A stretch of DNA of 55,435 nucleotides from positions 1-55,435 of the forward strand of contig MNCI01002506.1 in assembly GCA_015680685.1 (NCBI GenBank), written 5' to 3'. The DNA comes from Gnetum montanum (taxonomy: Eukaryota > Plantae > Gnetophyta). A model generated the notes under the pieces. It was not told where the DNA came from, made no database searches, and was given only the letters and a program-made list of their open reading frames with translations. Positions 37,765-51,800 of the stretch are shown one piece after another; position 1 is the stretch's first letter, and every line of letters starts with the position of its first letter. The position numbers were made by a program, and so were the translations under genes.

Positions 37765-38630
37765 NNNNNNNNNNNNNNNNNNNNNNNNNNNNNNNNNNNN
37801 NNNNNNNNNNNNNNNNNNNNNNNNNNNNNNNNNNNNNNNNNNNNNNNNNNNNNNNNNNNNNNNNNNNNNNNNNNNNNNNNNNNNNNNNNNNNNNNNNNNN
37901 NNNNNNNNNNNNNNNNNNNNNNNNNNNNNNNNNNNNNNNNNNNNNNNNNNNNNNNNNNNNNNNNNNNNNNNNNNNNNNNNNNNNNNNNNNNNNNNNNNNN
38001 NNNNNNNNNNNNNNNNNNNNNNNNNNNNNNNNNNNNNNNNNNNNNNNNNNNNNNNNNNNNNNNNNNNNNNNNNNNNNNNNNNNNNNNNNNNNNNNNNNNN
38101 NNNNNNNNNNNNNNNNNNNNNNNNNNNNNNNNNNNNNNNNNNNNNNNNNNNNNNNNNNNNNNNNNNNNNNNNNNNNNNNNNNNNNNNNNNNNNNNNNNNN
38201 NNNNNNNNNNNNNNNNNNNNNNNNNNNNNNNNNNNNNNNNNNNNNNNNNNNNNNNNNNNNNNNNNNNNNNNNNNNNNNNNNNNNNNNNNNNNNNNNNNNN
38301 NNNNNNNNNNNNNNNNNNNNNNNNNNNNNNNNNNNNNNNNNNNNNNNNNNNNNNNNNNNNNNNNNNNNNNNNNNNNNNNNNNNNNNNNNNNNNNNNNNNN
38401 NNNNNNNNNNNNNNNNNNNNNNNNNNNNNNNNNNNNNNNNNNNNNNNNNNNNNNNNNNNNNNNNNNNNNNNNNNNNNNNNNNNNNNNNNNNNNNNNNNNN
38501 NNNNNNNNNNNNNNNNNNNNNNNNNNNNNNNNNNNNNNNNNNNNNNNNNNNNNNNNNNNNNNNNNNNNNNNNNNNNNNNNNNNNNNNNNNNNNNNNNNNN
38601 NNNNNNNNNNNNNNNNNNNNNNNNNNNNNN
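37765..38630. other. Assembly gap (N run) covering the PPT and the start of the B 3' LTR
   Basis: Run of N. Confidence 1.
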
Positions 38631-39253
38631 ACCTTTATTCAAGTGTGATGTACTTGGAAACACACATAATCAGCAATAAAGATCAAGATTACTCCATCAT
38701 TGTAGCATCCACTTAGTTTTAATTATTTAATTATTATTGTTAACTGTTATTGTTATTTATTATTTTCTTAGTTAATATTTCTTTACCATCATTTACTATT
38801 CTCGTTGTTAGATGTAGAATGAGTACGACTTAATCATGAACATTGAAGTGTAACTACTTGGTAACCTAGTAGTATATCTAGGAGCGCTCAAGTAATGTGC
38901 GCTTGGTAATCCTAGAAGTAGTACATGAGGTTCAAGATGCATATAGATGATTAAGGATGGATGCTCATCACACTTAGGCTATCTTAGACTTCATTTCCTA
39001 TTGCTTATTACTTTAATCAAGATTAGTTTCCATTGTCTCTAGGTGTATTAGTAGTTTAGGATCACATCATTCACCTCACTCTGGACTAAGCCATACATGA
39101 TAAGCGAATACTAGTCAGGTGGAAAGATAGCAAACTACGATCAACATGTAACTATCTAGATACTGCAACTAGTCCATCTGCAAAGTTCGACCGAATCGTG
39201 TGTACATGCTCGTATTCATATGGTTGAGTGTAGGGGTACCTCACCGCTTATCA
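38631..39253 (+). repeat. Element B 3' LTR (visible part)
   Basis: Colinear with ~33609-34229; ends CTTATCA followed by TSD GTAGG. Confidence 0.92.
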
Positions 39254-39258
39254 GTAGG

Positions 39259-40266
39259 CCAGATTTCTAAAGTTCATTGATGTTAAAGAGGAAGTTAGCT
39301 TCCAACCTAGAGGTCTTGGATTTGAGTTTAGACATTCTAGTCTTGGACATTTAAGGCTAAAAGATAGATGTTTCAATCTTGAACATATAAGCCTCCAATG
39401 TGGATGCCTAAATAGATCTATAGGAGATAATAGTGTTGATATTCTATTGTACTCCAAACATCTAACCTAAGATTCAAAAGTTTCAAGATTGACATCTAAG
39501 CCTTGAATAAGATGTTCAAGGTAGTTATTGAAAAAATTAAAAAAGCCATTCCTAGCAATTTCCTTAGCTCTCATTTGAAGTAGGAAACTTACATGATGTA
39601 AGATATATAATACAAGCATAAAAATTTATTTCTCAAGGAACTCCAAGCAATTAATAAAGCATTGATTGGGATTCAAGGATAGGATTGGTTCTTGGATAAT
39701 CTCTTCAAAGGGTTTAAAAGTTTATAGTGGAAGATATACCATCATAGCTATATTTTTATCCTATAATTTAATTATATTGTATGCATAAACTCATTATTCA
39801 TTTATTATTTTATTATGCATTAGTGGATCTAAATCTAGGGCTTGTTGTTTCATTATTCTATAATGAGCTAGATTGATGCAAATATAAATTTGGAAATATT
39901 TATTTCTACACATAATCTTTCATTAAATCATTATATTTACTTCAAGTAGTGTAGATTTTCTTCAAGGAGAGATCTATATTATTGACCTAAGGGGTTGTCT
40001 GTGTGTCTTGTAAGAGCATCATATATGTACTTAACATTACAAGGTTCTTGAGAGTCCTATGAGATACCAAGAGTGAAGAGTCATTCTTCATCCTATGGGG
40101 AGTATGTAGCATTCAAGGATCTACCATAGTGGTATCTCAGTCATAGCTTTAATTAAAGTTGAATATAATTATGAAGAGACTTATGTAATAAATTTTATTA
40201 TTTTGATTTAAAGTTTTAATTTTTTATAACTCATTTATCCCCTCCTTGTGACTTAATTGATCCATA
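39259..40266 (+). repeat. Element C 3' LTR, right part
   Basis: Colinear with ~7520-8473 (e.g. GATCTACCATAGTGGTA); ends TGATCCATA. Confidence 0.8.
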
Positions 40267-40789
40267 AACATTATGTAGTGATATGTGCTTAATGGCCAAG
40301 TAGGTTTTGAAATTGAACCTACATATATATTTGCAAAAGTATGAAACATTTAAATTTTGTTTTTGTATTAAATATGAGACATTATAGTTCATACTCACTT
40401 ACATCACATCCAAATTTTGACCAATTACAACTTATAGCCATTACAACTTGTTTTGACTCATATGAGTTCACAACCAATAATTTTTACGTTTCACTATAGC
40501 TTAATTTATTTTGCACTATATGTCCCAAGCATGAAATCATCATTTTCTTTAGTTTTAAGCCCATTGTAAGTAACTATAGTTCACAATCACCTTATAGTTG
40601 AGACTATGGTTGACTATGAATCACAGTAGCTTGTAAATCCCTTCTTGGATAAAAAAAACATATAGAAATACTACCAAAATGACAATAAGGACTTTGAATG
40701 ATCTATATATAGTTTGAGGATATAAATTACCTGTTAGAGATGAGTTGATATTCTCATCATCTTCCTCACCCCAAAAAAAATCTTGAACT

Positions 40790-43700
40790 TGTTAGAAGTG
40801 TTTTCTATGGAATATGATCCTCTAGATGCATTGATGAAAAGTATTTCAACTCAAAATTCCTTTAAAAACATCATATTAAGATAATTTTTTTTTTCAGTTT
40901 TTGTGATATTATAACTTCAGTCATGGGATTTCACCAAGATCATTGTGAAATCAAAATAGAAGAAAAAACAATTCTAGGAATACCATGACTCATGGTTAAA
41001 GAAAAAGTGAAGCTAATCTTAAAACTTTAGTCATGGTTATCAGAAGTACAAACCACAAGTTGACCATGATTTATGTTTTATTAATAAAGAAGGATAATGA
41101 GCTAAATGAACCATGGTCTTTTGGAAAGTAACCATGAGTGAATCATGAGTCTTAATGGTTATCCACAAGCTAACTATGGATCATGGTCTATATCACATTC
41201 TAATTTGGACATATCACAAGTTATGCTAAGATAATGACAAGGATGTGGAGTTGTAGATTTTTTATAAATGCATAAAACAAATAACTTTGTTTGAGATCTC
41301 TACAGAGATTAGTGAAAAAACTCTTCCAAAAACTTTAATGATGAGTCTTAGGCCTTGATATTAATAATACTTAAGCTAAAAATTAATAAAAATAGTTAAA
41401 CAACTGAGAAATTAAAAGCTAACGTAAGTATGACCACTATGTTGAAAGAATGAGAGAAACTTGAGAGGTTGAAAGTAATCAAGAGAAATTGTGAGCCTAT
41501 TTTATTTTAAGAATGAGAGAAAAGAAGAGTAAAATAATATTGAGGACTTTGATAGGATAAAAAATGAGAATCAAACATAAAATTAGTACAAAAGAAATGG
41601 CTTAGTATTAGAATTTTCGTAGCAAATAAACCATAATTTATACAAGTGTGGAGGATATTAGGCATGCATGGCCCCTACACCACTAACAAATGAGTTTCAT
41701 CAATGAGATCTTCACCATCTCCTATCTTCATGATAATTATTTCTACTAATAATAAATAAGCATCTTTCTTATATACATAACAACAAATCAAATGAGTAAA
41801 GAGTCTACTAACCCACTAATTTGTGTACATGCACATGAATGTAAAAATTATTTTTACAAACTGTATGTCTTGAAATAAAGAACCTAAATACCTTATCCAC
41901 ATAAAATACCATGACACTTAATCTTAAGTAAAAAATAAGAAAAGAAAATGGAACTCATGGGAACCATAGAAAATTTTCAAAAATCCCTTTTTTAAAGTGA
42001 AATGTGTGGAGTGGTCTTCATCTTCAATCATGCCAATGGTCTTCAGTAAGTAGAAAACTCTAAAACCTTGAAGTGACTTGCTAAATAAGTAAAAAATTTG
42101 ATCATTGATGGAGATGTTCTTTGGCAAATGTTGCCCTCTAGTTTATCTTTGATGAAATAATACTTGATGTTTATATAATTGGATCTTTTATGCAAGATAT
42201 GATCCTTGGAAAAGTGAATTATGATAGTGTTGTTAATTAAGATCTCATTGGAAAAAGTATCATGAAAGTCCAATTGACTCATGAGCTTCCTCAACCAAAC
42301 AATGTACTAAAAAATATTAGTCATAGCCACGAAGTGATGAGAGTGCACTTGATGTTTATTTTTTGATTTTCCAATAGATGGGATTAATCCCATGGAAGAT
42401 TATGTTGCAACTTATAGACTTCTTTTCTTCTTCATATTCTTCTTGATTAGCATCACTACAAGTATGGAATTTTTACCTTTTACAAATTTATGTAGTCAAG
42501 TGTAGCCTTGACATATCTTAACATATGTCTCAAGGTATTAATTTATACTTACCTTGACTCTTGCATGAATCTTGAAAAGTAGGAGGCTGTAAAGTTTAGA
42601 TTAGGTATTGAATGATAAATAAATATTAAGGATCCAACAATTTATCTATAAAAATAATTCTTAACAAATAAACTATCATCTTTTCTTTTGATTTTATAAT
42701 GAGGAGGGAGAGAAGTGAATGTTTTCCTTACATCCTTTAATCCATATTTTTCAACAATGATATCAAAAAATTTACATTGATGCATATTTCATCTTGGTAT
42801 ACTTGAAATCCTAATAAATATTTTAGGATTCCAAGATCCTTCATCTCAAACTCATTTTTCATATATTTCCTAAAATATAAAATTAAAATTTCAGAACTTG
42901 ATAGAAAGACTACATCGTTAACATAAAGAGAAATCATGATTATATGAGTATCTGCATGCTTAAAATAAATAGTATGCTCAAACATACATGTATTGTAGCC
43001 ATTTTTGATAATGATTAATTCTATAGAACCAAGCTCTTAATGCTTTTTGAAGATCATAGAGGGATTTATGCAACTTACAAACCTTGCCTTCATGATCTTA
43101 TTCTTCAAGTTTAAACCTCCTCTTCAAGTGTGCTGTTTAAAAATGCTAAAGTAATATACATTTGATAAATTTTAATATTTATATGAGTAAAAATAAAATT
43201 CATCAATTTAATAGTTTTAAACTTGGCTATTAGGGTAAAAATCTCTTCATAATCTATGTGCTTCTTTTTTTTAAATTCTCTTGTAACCTTGCTTTATGGA
43301 TAAGTATATTTTTACTTTCATGAAACTTAGTTTTAAATATTTATTTTGTATCAATTATCTTCTTTCCTTTGGGATTTTCTATTATAGAACATGTATTATT
43401 ATTAATTATTATGTCATATTCTTTTCTCATATAATTTTTCCATGCCTACTTTTCTAGGGCTTCTTAAACATTTGATGGCTCATGATGATGTATTGCATAA
43501 GCTACATTGATTATAGATGGATTTCTTATAAATATTATTTTGAAATTTTTATCCAACATTTGTGATGAAAGATGATCTCTTTCTATTTTTAAAATAAATT
43601 TAGGTTGATACTCTTCTTGGATCTTCTCTTAGACTCTATCTTCTTAGATATAGGAGTCAAACCCTAAGATTTGCTCATCAAAGTTTATACTTCTAAAGAA

Positions 43701-46700
43701 TATCACATGTTTTTAATTAGGTCATAAAATTTATACCCATTCGACCCTTCCATTATAACAAAAATGGACACACTTCCTACCTAAACCATCTAATTTTTTT
43801 CACAAGTTCGTTTGGGATCTTTACATAAGAAATACATCCAAAGATTCTTAGGTGAGAGAGATTGGAAAATTTTTCATATAAAAATTCATTAGGGGGGGGG
43901 GGGGGGGGGTGGTTTCTCATCATTATGAGAGGTAATCAACCTATTTAGAATATAATTATACATTTTTATAGACTCATTCCAAAATATATTATCTATGTTT
44001 GCATGCTTCAAAAGATAATTACTCATTTCTTGTAACATATCATTTTTTCACTTAGCAATACCATTACTTTGAATTTCATAGCTAAAAGTTATTTTTTCTT
44101 TACAAATATCATTGGTTTTATGAAATGGATCAAAATTATTGTTCACAAAATCACACCCTCTATCACTTCTTATGCTTTTAATTTTGTGGCCAATGTTGTT
44201 CTCTAGCAACTTCTTAAAGTTTTGAAAAGCTCTAAATACTTCCTCTTTATCATGCAAGATATATGTCCATGTATATCTATAAACATCAACTATAACAAGA
44301 AAATATTTACCTTCACCATTTACAATGATAGGCATTATGCCTATAACATCCATATGCAGCAACTCCAATGGCTTTGGCCTTTTTTCATTATGGCTAAAAT
44401 GTGGTAGTATTTTTTCTTTTCAAACATGCATGCATAGCACACTACTTGCCAAAATTTTGGAAAATTCATCCCAATGGTAGTTTAATTATTCATCAATTTT
44501 TAAAAGTTGGAATAGGAGTCATGTTCAAGCCTTAAAATTTGAAGAACTTGCACTTTCATTTCAGAAATGAGCAAATCCAAGATATAAATATGATTTTATA
44601 TCATGGAGGATGTTGGAAACATTGTAAAACTCATTGGAAATTATACATTTATTATTTTCAAACATGAATTTATTTTTTTCTTAGGCATTTGACAAAGAGA
44701 ATAAATGAAGTTAAATAATTATGGTACATATAAGACATCATGAAAAATAATGATAGTAACATCTTCAAGTTTAACTAGATATCTACCTCCACCTTCAATT
44801 TTACAAAATGTGTTATCTTCTAATTTAATAGATTCAAGGTTTAAGGAATCAACATAATTAGTTAAACACTTCTTATTAGGAGTGATGTGATTGGAACAAC
44901 CACTCTATATGCCATGTATGGGAAATAACTTTCCTAAAAGAAAATAAGGTAATAAAATTCACTTTTGTACCTTGAACTAGTATTTTTATTTCATCTTGAG
45001 TTGATGTTGAAGGCTCTCCTTGGATTTGAGCATTATCATAAATTGAATAATTTTGTGTACCTTGCTTGCTTTAATAACTATCGTCAGTGTGCCTCCTTTT
45101 GTTGTAATATTTGCATACCAAGTTGTATATTCCTTGAAAGCTTGATCTTTCTCTTCCTCTCTTGGATCTACCTATAGTCTTAGAATTTTGAAAATTTGAA
45201 AAGTTCATTTTGAAAGGAATACATAAGAACTCATCAATACTATAAGAGGATATATCTTTTATTTGTACTATGGTAATTGTAAATTTTTGGTACCTATAGT
45301 TATCATACAAGACATGGATGATTTTTTAAACTTTTTGTCTCATAGAATCATCACATTGATATTCATCTAAATTTCTTAACATAATAAATAACCAATTAAG
45401 AAAACTATTTGTGGACTCATCCTTATACATCTTCGAATTGTCAAATTTTGACTTGAGTTTAAGCTCCTTGAGTTACCACTTTGTCAAATATTCCTTGAAT
45501 TATTTTTGTAATTACTTCTAATATTAATTATATATCTCCGTGATTATGATCTTGGAACCAATATATTTAAATAAAAATGTACAAATTATCATTTTATTAT
45601 GGAATCCTCTCTTTTAGATGGTCTTACAGTTCTTCTTTTCTTGTCTTGACAAAGCTTCATTGTTAGTAGGGACTTGAATATCATTTTCAACATACCTTTG
45701 AAGCTCACTTATTTGTAATAATAACTCCATGTGATGAATCCAAAAAGTAAAGTCATGAAAACCATTGAAAATCAAAGAACATTTAGAAATTTACTTACTT
45801 GACATTCTAATGACTAAAACTTTGATACCACTATCAAATATTTATCTAGCAGAATAAGGTCCTTGAGATGCATCAATGGTAATAGTTTTGGTTTCAAACT
45901 CCTCTAAAAATGTCACCATGAGCTAGAAATGATGCTTGGAGGAGTTTTGATACGATAACATGAGGTTCAATATTTCATCATAGGTCGTAGTAAGGAAAAA
46001 ATAAAAGAAAAATTAATTTTGATAGTAGTATAGGCCATGGTATTTGTTCCATAAGTCGTGGTCTAAGATAATGAAATAATCATGGATCATGATTAAAGTA
46101 AAAGTAAGGCTAACACTAAAACTATATTTGTGATTACAAAAAGTAAAAACCATGAGTTAATTGCAAGTCATGGTCTATTGATAAAGAAGGATGAAAACTT
46201 GACAATCGATTATGGTCTATATACAAGATTATATGATTGAACCACAAGACATTGTGGCCAATCATGAATTGACTAGGAGTTTTGGTCTATCTAAAATTCT
46301 ATTCTAGACTCACTACAATTTGTGGTGATGTTTTGGCAAGGTCATGAAGTTGTAGGTTTTCTAGAAATATATGACATGAAGAACTTTGATTGAGATCTAT
46401 GTATAGATTAATATAAAAACATACAAACTTGAAGAATGAGTCTTAGGTCTCTAAATTAATAATTCTTATGATTAAAATAAAAAAAATACTTAAACAAGTC
46501 CTTTAAATAAAAAATATTATCAAACTCTAAAAAACCTTAGAAAATTAAGAAATTTAATAATCTAATTAATTTAAAAATTTAAGATTAGAAAACACAACTA
46601 AGAAATCAAAAAATAGATTTTGAGAATGTAAAACAACTAAGAAATTAAAAGCTAATAAAAGAATAAGAGCTATGTTACAAGAATGAGAGTAACTTGAAAG

Positions 46701-47165
46701 CTTGAGAGAAACTATGAGTAATTTTGAGTAACTATGAAGTTATTTCATTATATTCATGAGAGAAAAGAAGAGAAAAATGGTCTTAAGGATGTTAGTAGGG
46801 TATCAAATGAAAATTACACCTAAAATTAGTAGAAAAAAAATGCCTTGCTCTTAGAATTTTAGTAATAAATGAAGCATGATTTATATAAGTGTGAAGGAGG
46901 TTTGGCATGCATGGACACTATCCCAATCAAAAATAAGGCTTATTAATGGGCTCTTCACCATCTCTTATCTTCATGGAATTCATTGACATTAATAAAAAAT
47001 GAGCATCTTTCTCTTATTCTTGATATTATATCAAATGACTAAAGACTCTAATAACACAAAACTTTATGTACATTATATTTTAGAAATTTTATTTTTTGAA
47101 ATAAAGAACTTAATCAACTAATCACATAGATTTTCATAGCCCAAAATTTTACTTAAGATAAACAA
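40790..47165 (-). mobile_element. Decayed full-length Ty1/copia (gag-protease-integrase-RT-RNase H), LTRs ~1.2-1.3 kb; right boundary approximate
   Basis: LTRs 40790-~41982 and 45832-~47165 are homologous. Reverse PBS TGGTATCAAAGT at 45819-45830. Gag FNGFHDFTFW, protease SGCSNHIT, integrase LELLHMDVIG...IKSIRSDRG...QSNGIA, RT ISLYVNDV...EFEMKDLGILKYLLG, RNase H HKRSNYINIKYYFIKD. Confidence 0.9.
42030..45805 (-). pseudogene. Copia gag-pol remnant
   Basis: ORF fragments 45071-45310, 44048-44368, 42737-42985 and 42043-42294 occur in copia domain order. Confidence 0.9.
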
Positions 47166-47744
47166 CAATTAATTACACATTGCTTATTACTTGGGCATGT
47201 GACATTATAATGCTTATATCTTAAGAAAAATAATCACCATAAGCATTATACATCTTAACCAAGTAGATGGTAAATTAGAAATATACGTTGGAATACTTAA
47301 AGAAGCAATTCCATAACCATAAATCAAAGATCATAATTAAATCTCATGGATATGATAAATAATTTTAAAGTTAGTTGATAATATTCTTCAATACGTAAGT
47401 TCAAATACATCATGTCCAACATAACATCATCTCAAAAGATAACTAAAATTGAAAAAAAGAAAGAAATTTCATTGATTACATTCCATCACCATTAAGCTCC
47501 TAGCTTCTAGCTTCTAGATCTACATACATACATGTAGAAAGGATCACAAATATTCTTGTAGAGCCAACCATTAGTGCATCGAGAATAAGCTATAGGATGG
47601 AACAACATGCTACGTAAGAAACCATCTTAAGCTCCATGAGATTAGAAGCCAAAAACATAACCAAAACCATGATGTCCATAAAATGCCAAAGAAAAAGATA
47701 AATTGAGCATGCACGAGATACTAACGATGCATAAGAACTAGTTA

Positions 47745-50700
47745 TGTAATATTGCACTTCTAGATGTCAAGGATAAATGATGTTTCATCTCTGATAACTT
47801 GAATAGTACATTTAAAAAGAAATAATATCATTTTACTTTAATCACAAAGAAGAAAACTAACTTTATTAAAGATGAATATGGTGGGACCAATGTTAACATA
47901 GGGGCCATGGAATTATCTTCTAGTGACACTTATGATCCTTAGTGATAATCCAAAAATTTCCATCATAGTTAGATCATAAGATTGAAGGGGTGATTAGTCT
48001 CTTCTTATCCTACTTCACCTGGCTCTTCTTACTCATCTTTATTATCTCTGAAACTCCATGCTAGCATGATCTTTAAGCTTTTTTCCTTAAATGTCATATG
48101 TTAAACCACCAAAGGATATTGTGAATGATTACAACACCTCATGATGAGGCACTCCTTCATTTGAAGGTTAATTACATTATTTACATATAATACAACTTCA
48201 CTTTATAGTTAGAAATGAGATGTTCAAATCTACTCCCCTTAAGAATCTTGCTTGTCCACAAGCTTCTCTTCAATATTCAAATACTTAGTAGTTTATTTTT
48301 AATTTTTTTCATCTTCAAATTCATCACTATTATCATCTATATAAAACTATTTTTATTAGTTTCTAAAATTTTTCCAAATTATAATTAAAATTAATAATTA
48401 TCATTATGTTAAAAAAGATGAGGGTAAGATTTTAGGATGTGCTTCATATTTTTCCAAATTTTCTAATCACAATTTAAGCATCAAATACATACTTTCATAA
48501 TGGTTTTATTTCTAAGCTTCTTCATGCTTTGTTCTTTGATAGCTATAAGTTGAACTTCAAAACTCATGTTGGACATTAGGAGTAGTTTGTTCTAATCTAG
48601 TACATAGGGTAGGTTATTTTTATGATATTTTTTTCATAAACTAACATGAGGAACATGACATATTTTTAGGTTTACCAAAAGGTTCAATTCATTCTAAAAT
48701 TTCAAAGGGTCCATAGTATTAAGTGTCCAATTTGATGTATTTTCCTAACCTTAGAGAACTTCTTGGTGGCTTAATCCTTAATAAAAATTGATCACTAATT
48801 TGGAAATCCTTCTTAAGATGATGTTGATTAGTGTATTCCTTGCATTTATCCTTGACTACTTGTAGGTTTTGTTTTACCTTTGTAACAATATTTTTCATAA
48901 TCTTTAATTCTTCTCATTTTCATCTCACTCTTAAGGTAGGATTAGCCCAAGTTAATGGAATTCAACAATTTTTCTTTTAGAAAACTTTAAGTGGAGTCAT
49001 ATGAATTTATCCTAGATAATTATTATTGTAGAAAAATTTTACCAAGTGTAAGTAATTTTTCCAACTTTTGGATCTAATCCCAAAATAACTCCTTAAAATA
49101 TCTTCTAAAGTTTGGATAACTAAATTAGTTTGATCATTGATTTTAGGGTGGTGCATCATGTTGAACTTTAGTTGAGTATCAAGTTCCTTGAAAATTTTTT
49201 CCTTGAATTCCAAAATAAACTTTGGATCTTGGTTTGATGTGNCTCCTTCTTAAGATGATGTTGATTAGTGTATTCCTTGCATTTATCCTTGAATGCTTGT
49301 AGGTTTTGTTTTACCTTTGTAAAAATATTTTTCATAATTTTAATTCTTCTCATTTTCATCTCACTCNCAATCTTATGATGAAGTCTATAGTGACATCTAT
49401 ATGTTGGGACTTCTAATGGTTATAGTAGTCCACTAGGTTTGGTTTGTTTGGTTTTTACTCTTAATATGTTGGTCAATTATTAATATACATGGATATATAA
49501 TTGTTCACTCTATGCCAAAAATAACATTTATGTAGCATCCCATAAATCTTAATGTATTTAGGGTACCTAGTGTATGGAACTTCATGTTCTTTGCTCAATA
49601 ACTTGTGCCTCCATGCTCCTTCTAGAATAAACACTTTTTCATCCTTTATTAATAGTTCCTGTTGGGAAAAGTGATAAGTGGATTCAATGGATATGTTGGC
49701 CAAAATCCATTTAAAATAAGGGCATTCTTTAATTTTGTCCCTAGTTTTCCCTTCCATGGGGGTTGTAATAACATCAATCATTAAGTTCTACATCTAAGGG
49801 AGGGCATTAGAAACTATAATTTATGTTTCTAAAATGTATGTGATTTCAAAATTATACTTTGTAAGTATTTCCATCCATCTACTCTTTCATATATTTAAAA
49901 TCAGTTATTTTTGTAGTTATTCTAGACATTTATGATTAGTTTTTAAAATAAATATTTTTTTACAAAGACAATATCTTTAATTCTTTAAAGCATGTATGAT
50001 AGCTAATGTTTTTATATTTACCATTGGCTCGTAATTTATGAGATTCAAAACTATACTAATTCTTACTCCATAGGTATTTGTAAATACTTTAAATGATAAA
50101 TCTTTATCTAGTATCCTCAAGATAGGGGCTATCATTAAGAGCATCTTTAACCTTAGAAATGCGTCCTTGCATTTTTCATCAAACCCAAGCATACATTTCT
50201 CTTGTAGAAGATTAGTAAAATATGCTATCAAGGTAGAGTAATCTTTTATAAACTAATGATAAAATCCAATTAAAGCTAGAAAACTATGGATTGTTGTAGT
50301 GTCCTTGGATACTGGGGATTCTCTAATTGTACTTTGTATAGATGTACTTGGAATTCTCATTTTGATACAATATGGGTGAGGTAAGATACTTCCTTCTTAA
50401 AGAGTTAACACTTAATTAGTTTGAAATTTAGTTTATTTTTTAGAATCTCCATAGTAGTTTTCAAGTGATCTACATGTTCTATAGTTCTCTTGGGTGGTAA
50501 TTTCCCAGTTTTATCAAATATCAAATTATCATATTCCTTGAGTTCTTTTGGAATTTAAATATCCATAGGTATTTGAGGTTGAGTTGTTTTTAAAATAAAT
50601 ATAGTAGTACCTTTCTTAATTAGTTTTTTGGTCTATTTGATGATTATGATGTGAATCATGAACCTTAACTTTGTTAGTAGTTGGTACTTTTAACACATGA

Positions 50701-51800
50701 ATCCCAAAGTGGATGTTGATATTAAATTTCTAAAGAAATGAAATTCTTAGAATCACATCTACATCTCCTAATTTGAATTCTAGAAAATTCACTAGAAAGA
50801 GAAAATTATTGGAGAATAAAGTTAATTTTACCATACTAGGTACGTTTGCTCATAGTTTCCCCATCTACAAGTTGAATTTTAATAACTTTGATCTCATTAA
50901 GACATGGCTCCTTCTAAGAAACCCACTTAGTCTTCTTTAACCCTAATAGGTAGAAAGATAGGAATCCTAAAGCTTGAAATTAGTTTGTATCATAATAATG
51001 TTATAGAGACTACTAGTTTAGTTCATTCTTTACTTGAAATGGATGGGTATGAGTCTTTGAAAACTTTTCAAATATTTGATTTATTAGTTTTTCCTATGTT
51101 TAAGCCTTCATTTTGCTAAAACCCCATACTTATAAGGTGTAATATGTATGATAACAAGTCTAGTAATAGTTCCAACCTATTTTTCAAAAATGTCAAGGTT
51201 ACCCATGAGATTATAAGGAATGATTTAGATTTTCATCCTAGAAAGGATCCACTTATATGTAGTAGCAAATTCTATGAGTTTCATGATATATGTTCTAAAG
51301 AGATTTTCAAATATGTAAATAAGTCTAGGATTCTATGTAAGGGTTTTAAGGGGAAGAACTTTAAGGATTAGGTGAAATTTTATCTTTGTTTGTTTCTTAA
51401 AAGAAAAATGTTATGAAAACTTTGTACTTAGAAAGTATCTTGTTATTTAATTTTGTATTTGGATGGAGCCCAAAATCATGGGGTATAAAACTAGTTTTAT
51501 CCTTATCTATATAGTTGTTTATTGCTATGGAACTTTTAGTTGGTACAATTAAGGCACATAAAACTAACTTCTCCTTGTGGTGTATACCCCTATTCATGAT
51601 CTTGATCTTGAGTTATGATAGCAAAAACAATTAGTTTCTTCGCTAGAATCCTAAATAATACCCCTCATTCCTTGAGGATGAATAATTCCTATGAGCCCAA
51701 GTTCAGGATTTAGAAAAGGTTTAGAAGTAGTTACATAGGCTCAAAATCTTGAAGATATGATGAAGGTATAATATTTTTCTTTAATGGTTTCTAAATTCAT
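47745..51800 (-). mobile_element. Decayed Ty3/gypsy with D-type 3' LTR; RT partly deleted, 5' LTR missing (right boundary approximate)
   Basis: LTR 47745-48226 with PPT TTAAGGGGAGTA (minus). Integrase KLDTxYYGPFEILE and HHPKINDQTN..QTLEDILRSY, RNase H LMIAPILRILD...FKVFTN, RT end HSFLALIGFYH, protease-region DVDVILRI. Confidence 0.85.

Larger units (their letters stand above)
33336..39253 (+). mobile_element. Element B: Athila-like LTR element with gag only (non-autonomous); TSD GTAGG
   Basis: GTAGG at 33331-33335 and 39254-39258. 5' LTR 33336-34229 is highly similar to 38631-39253. Asp-type PBS, gag remnant, no RT or integrase motifs. Confidence 0.9.
7329..40266 (+). mobile_element. Element C: SIRE/Sirevirus-like Ty1/copia (gag + env-like ORF, no pol seen); outermost element of a nest
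   Basis: 5' LTR 7329-8473 is homologous to the split 3' LTR 33147-33335 + 39259-40266. Met PBS at 8476; copia gag interrupted by insertions; PPT AAATAGGTAGAGAT before the 3' LTR. Flanks GACTT/AACAT are a degenerate TSD at best. Confidence 0.8.

Noticed and set aside
43892-43909. Poly-G run in the copia integrase region
   Set aside because: Homopolymer expansion or sequencing artefact; nothing supports a function.
49242-49368. Copy of 48806-48929 bounded by single Ns
   Set aside because: Most likely a misplaced gap-fill contig.
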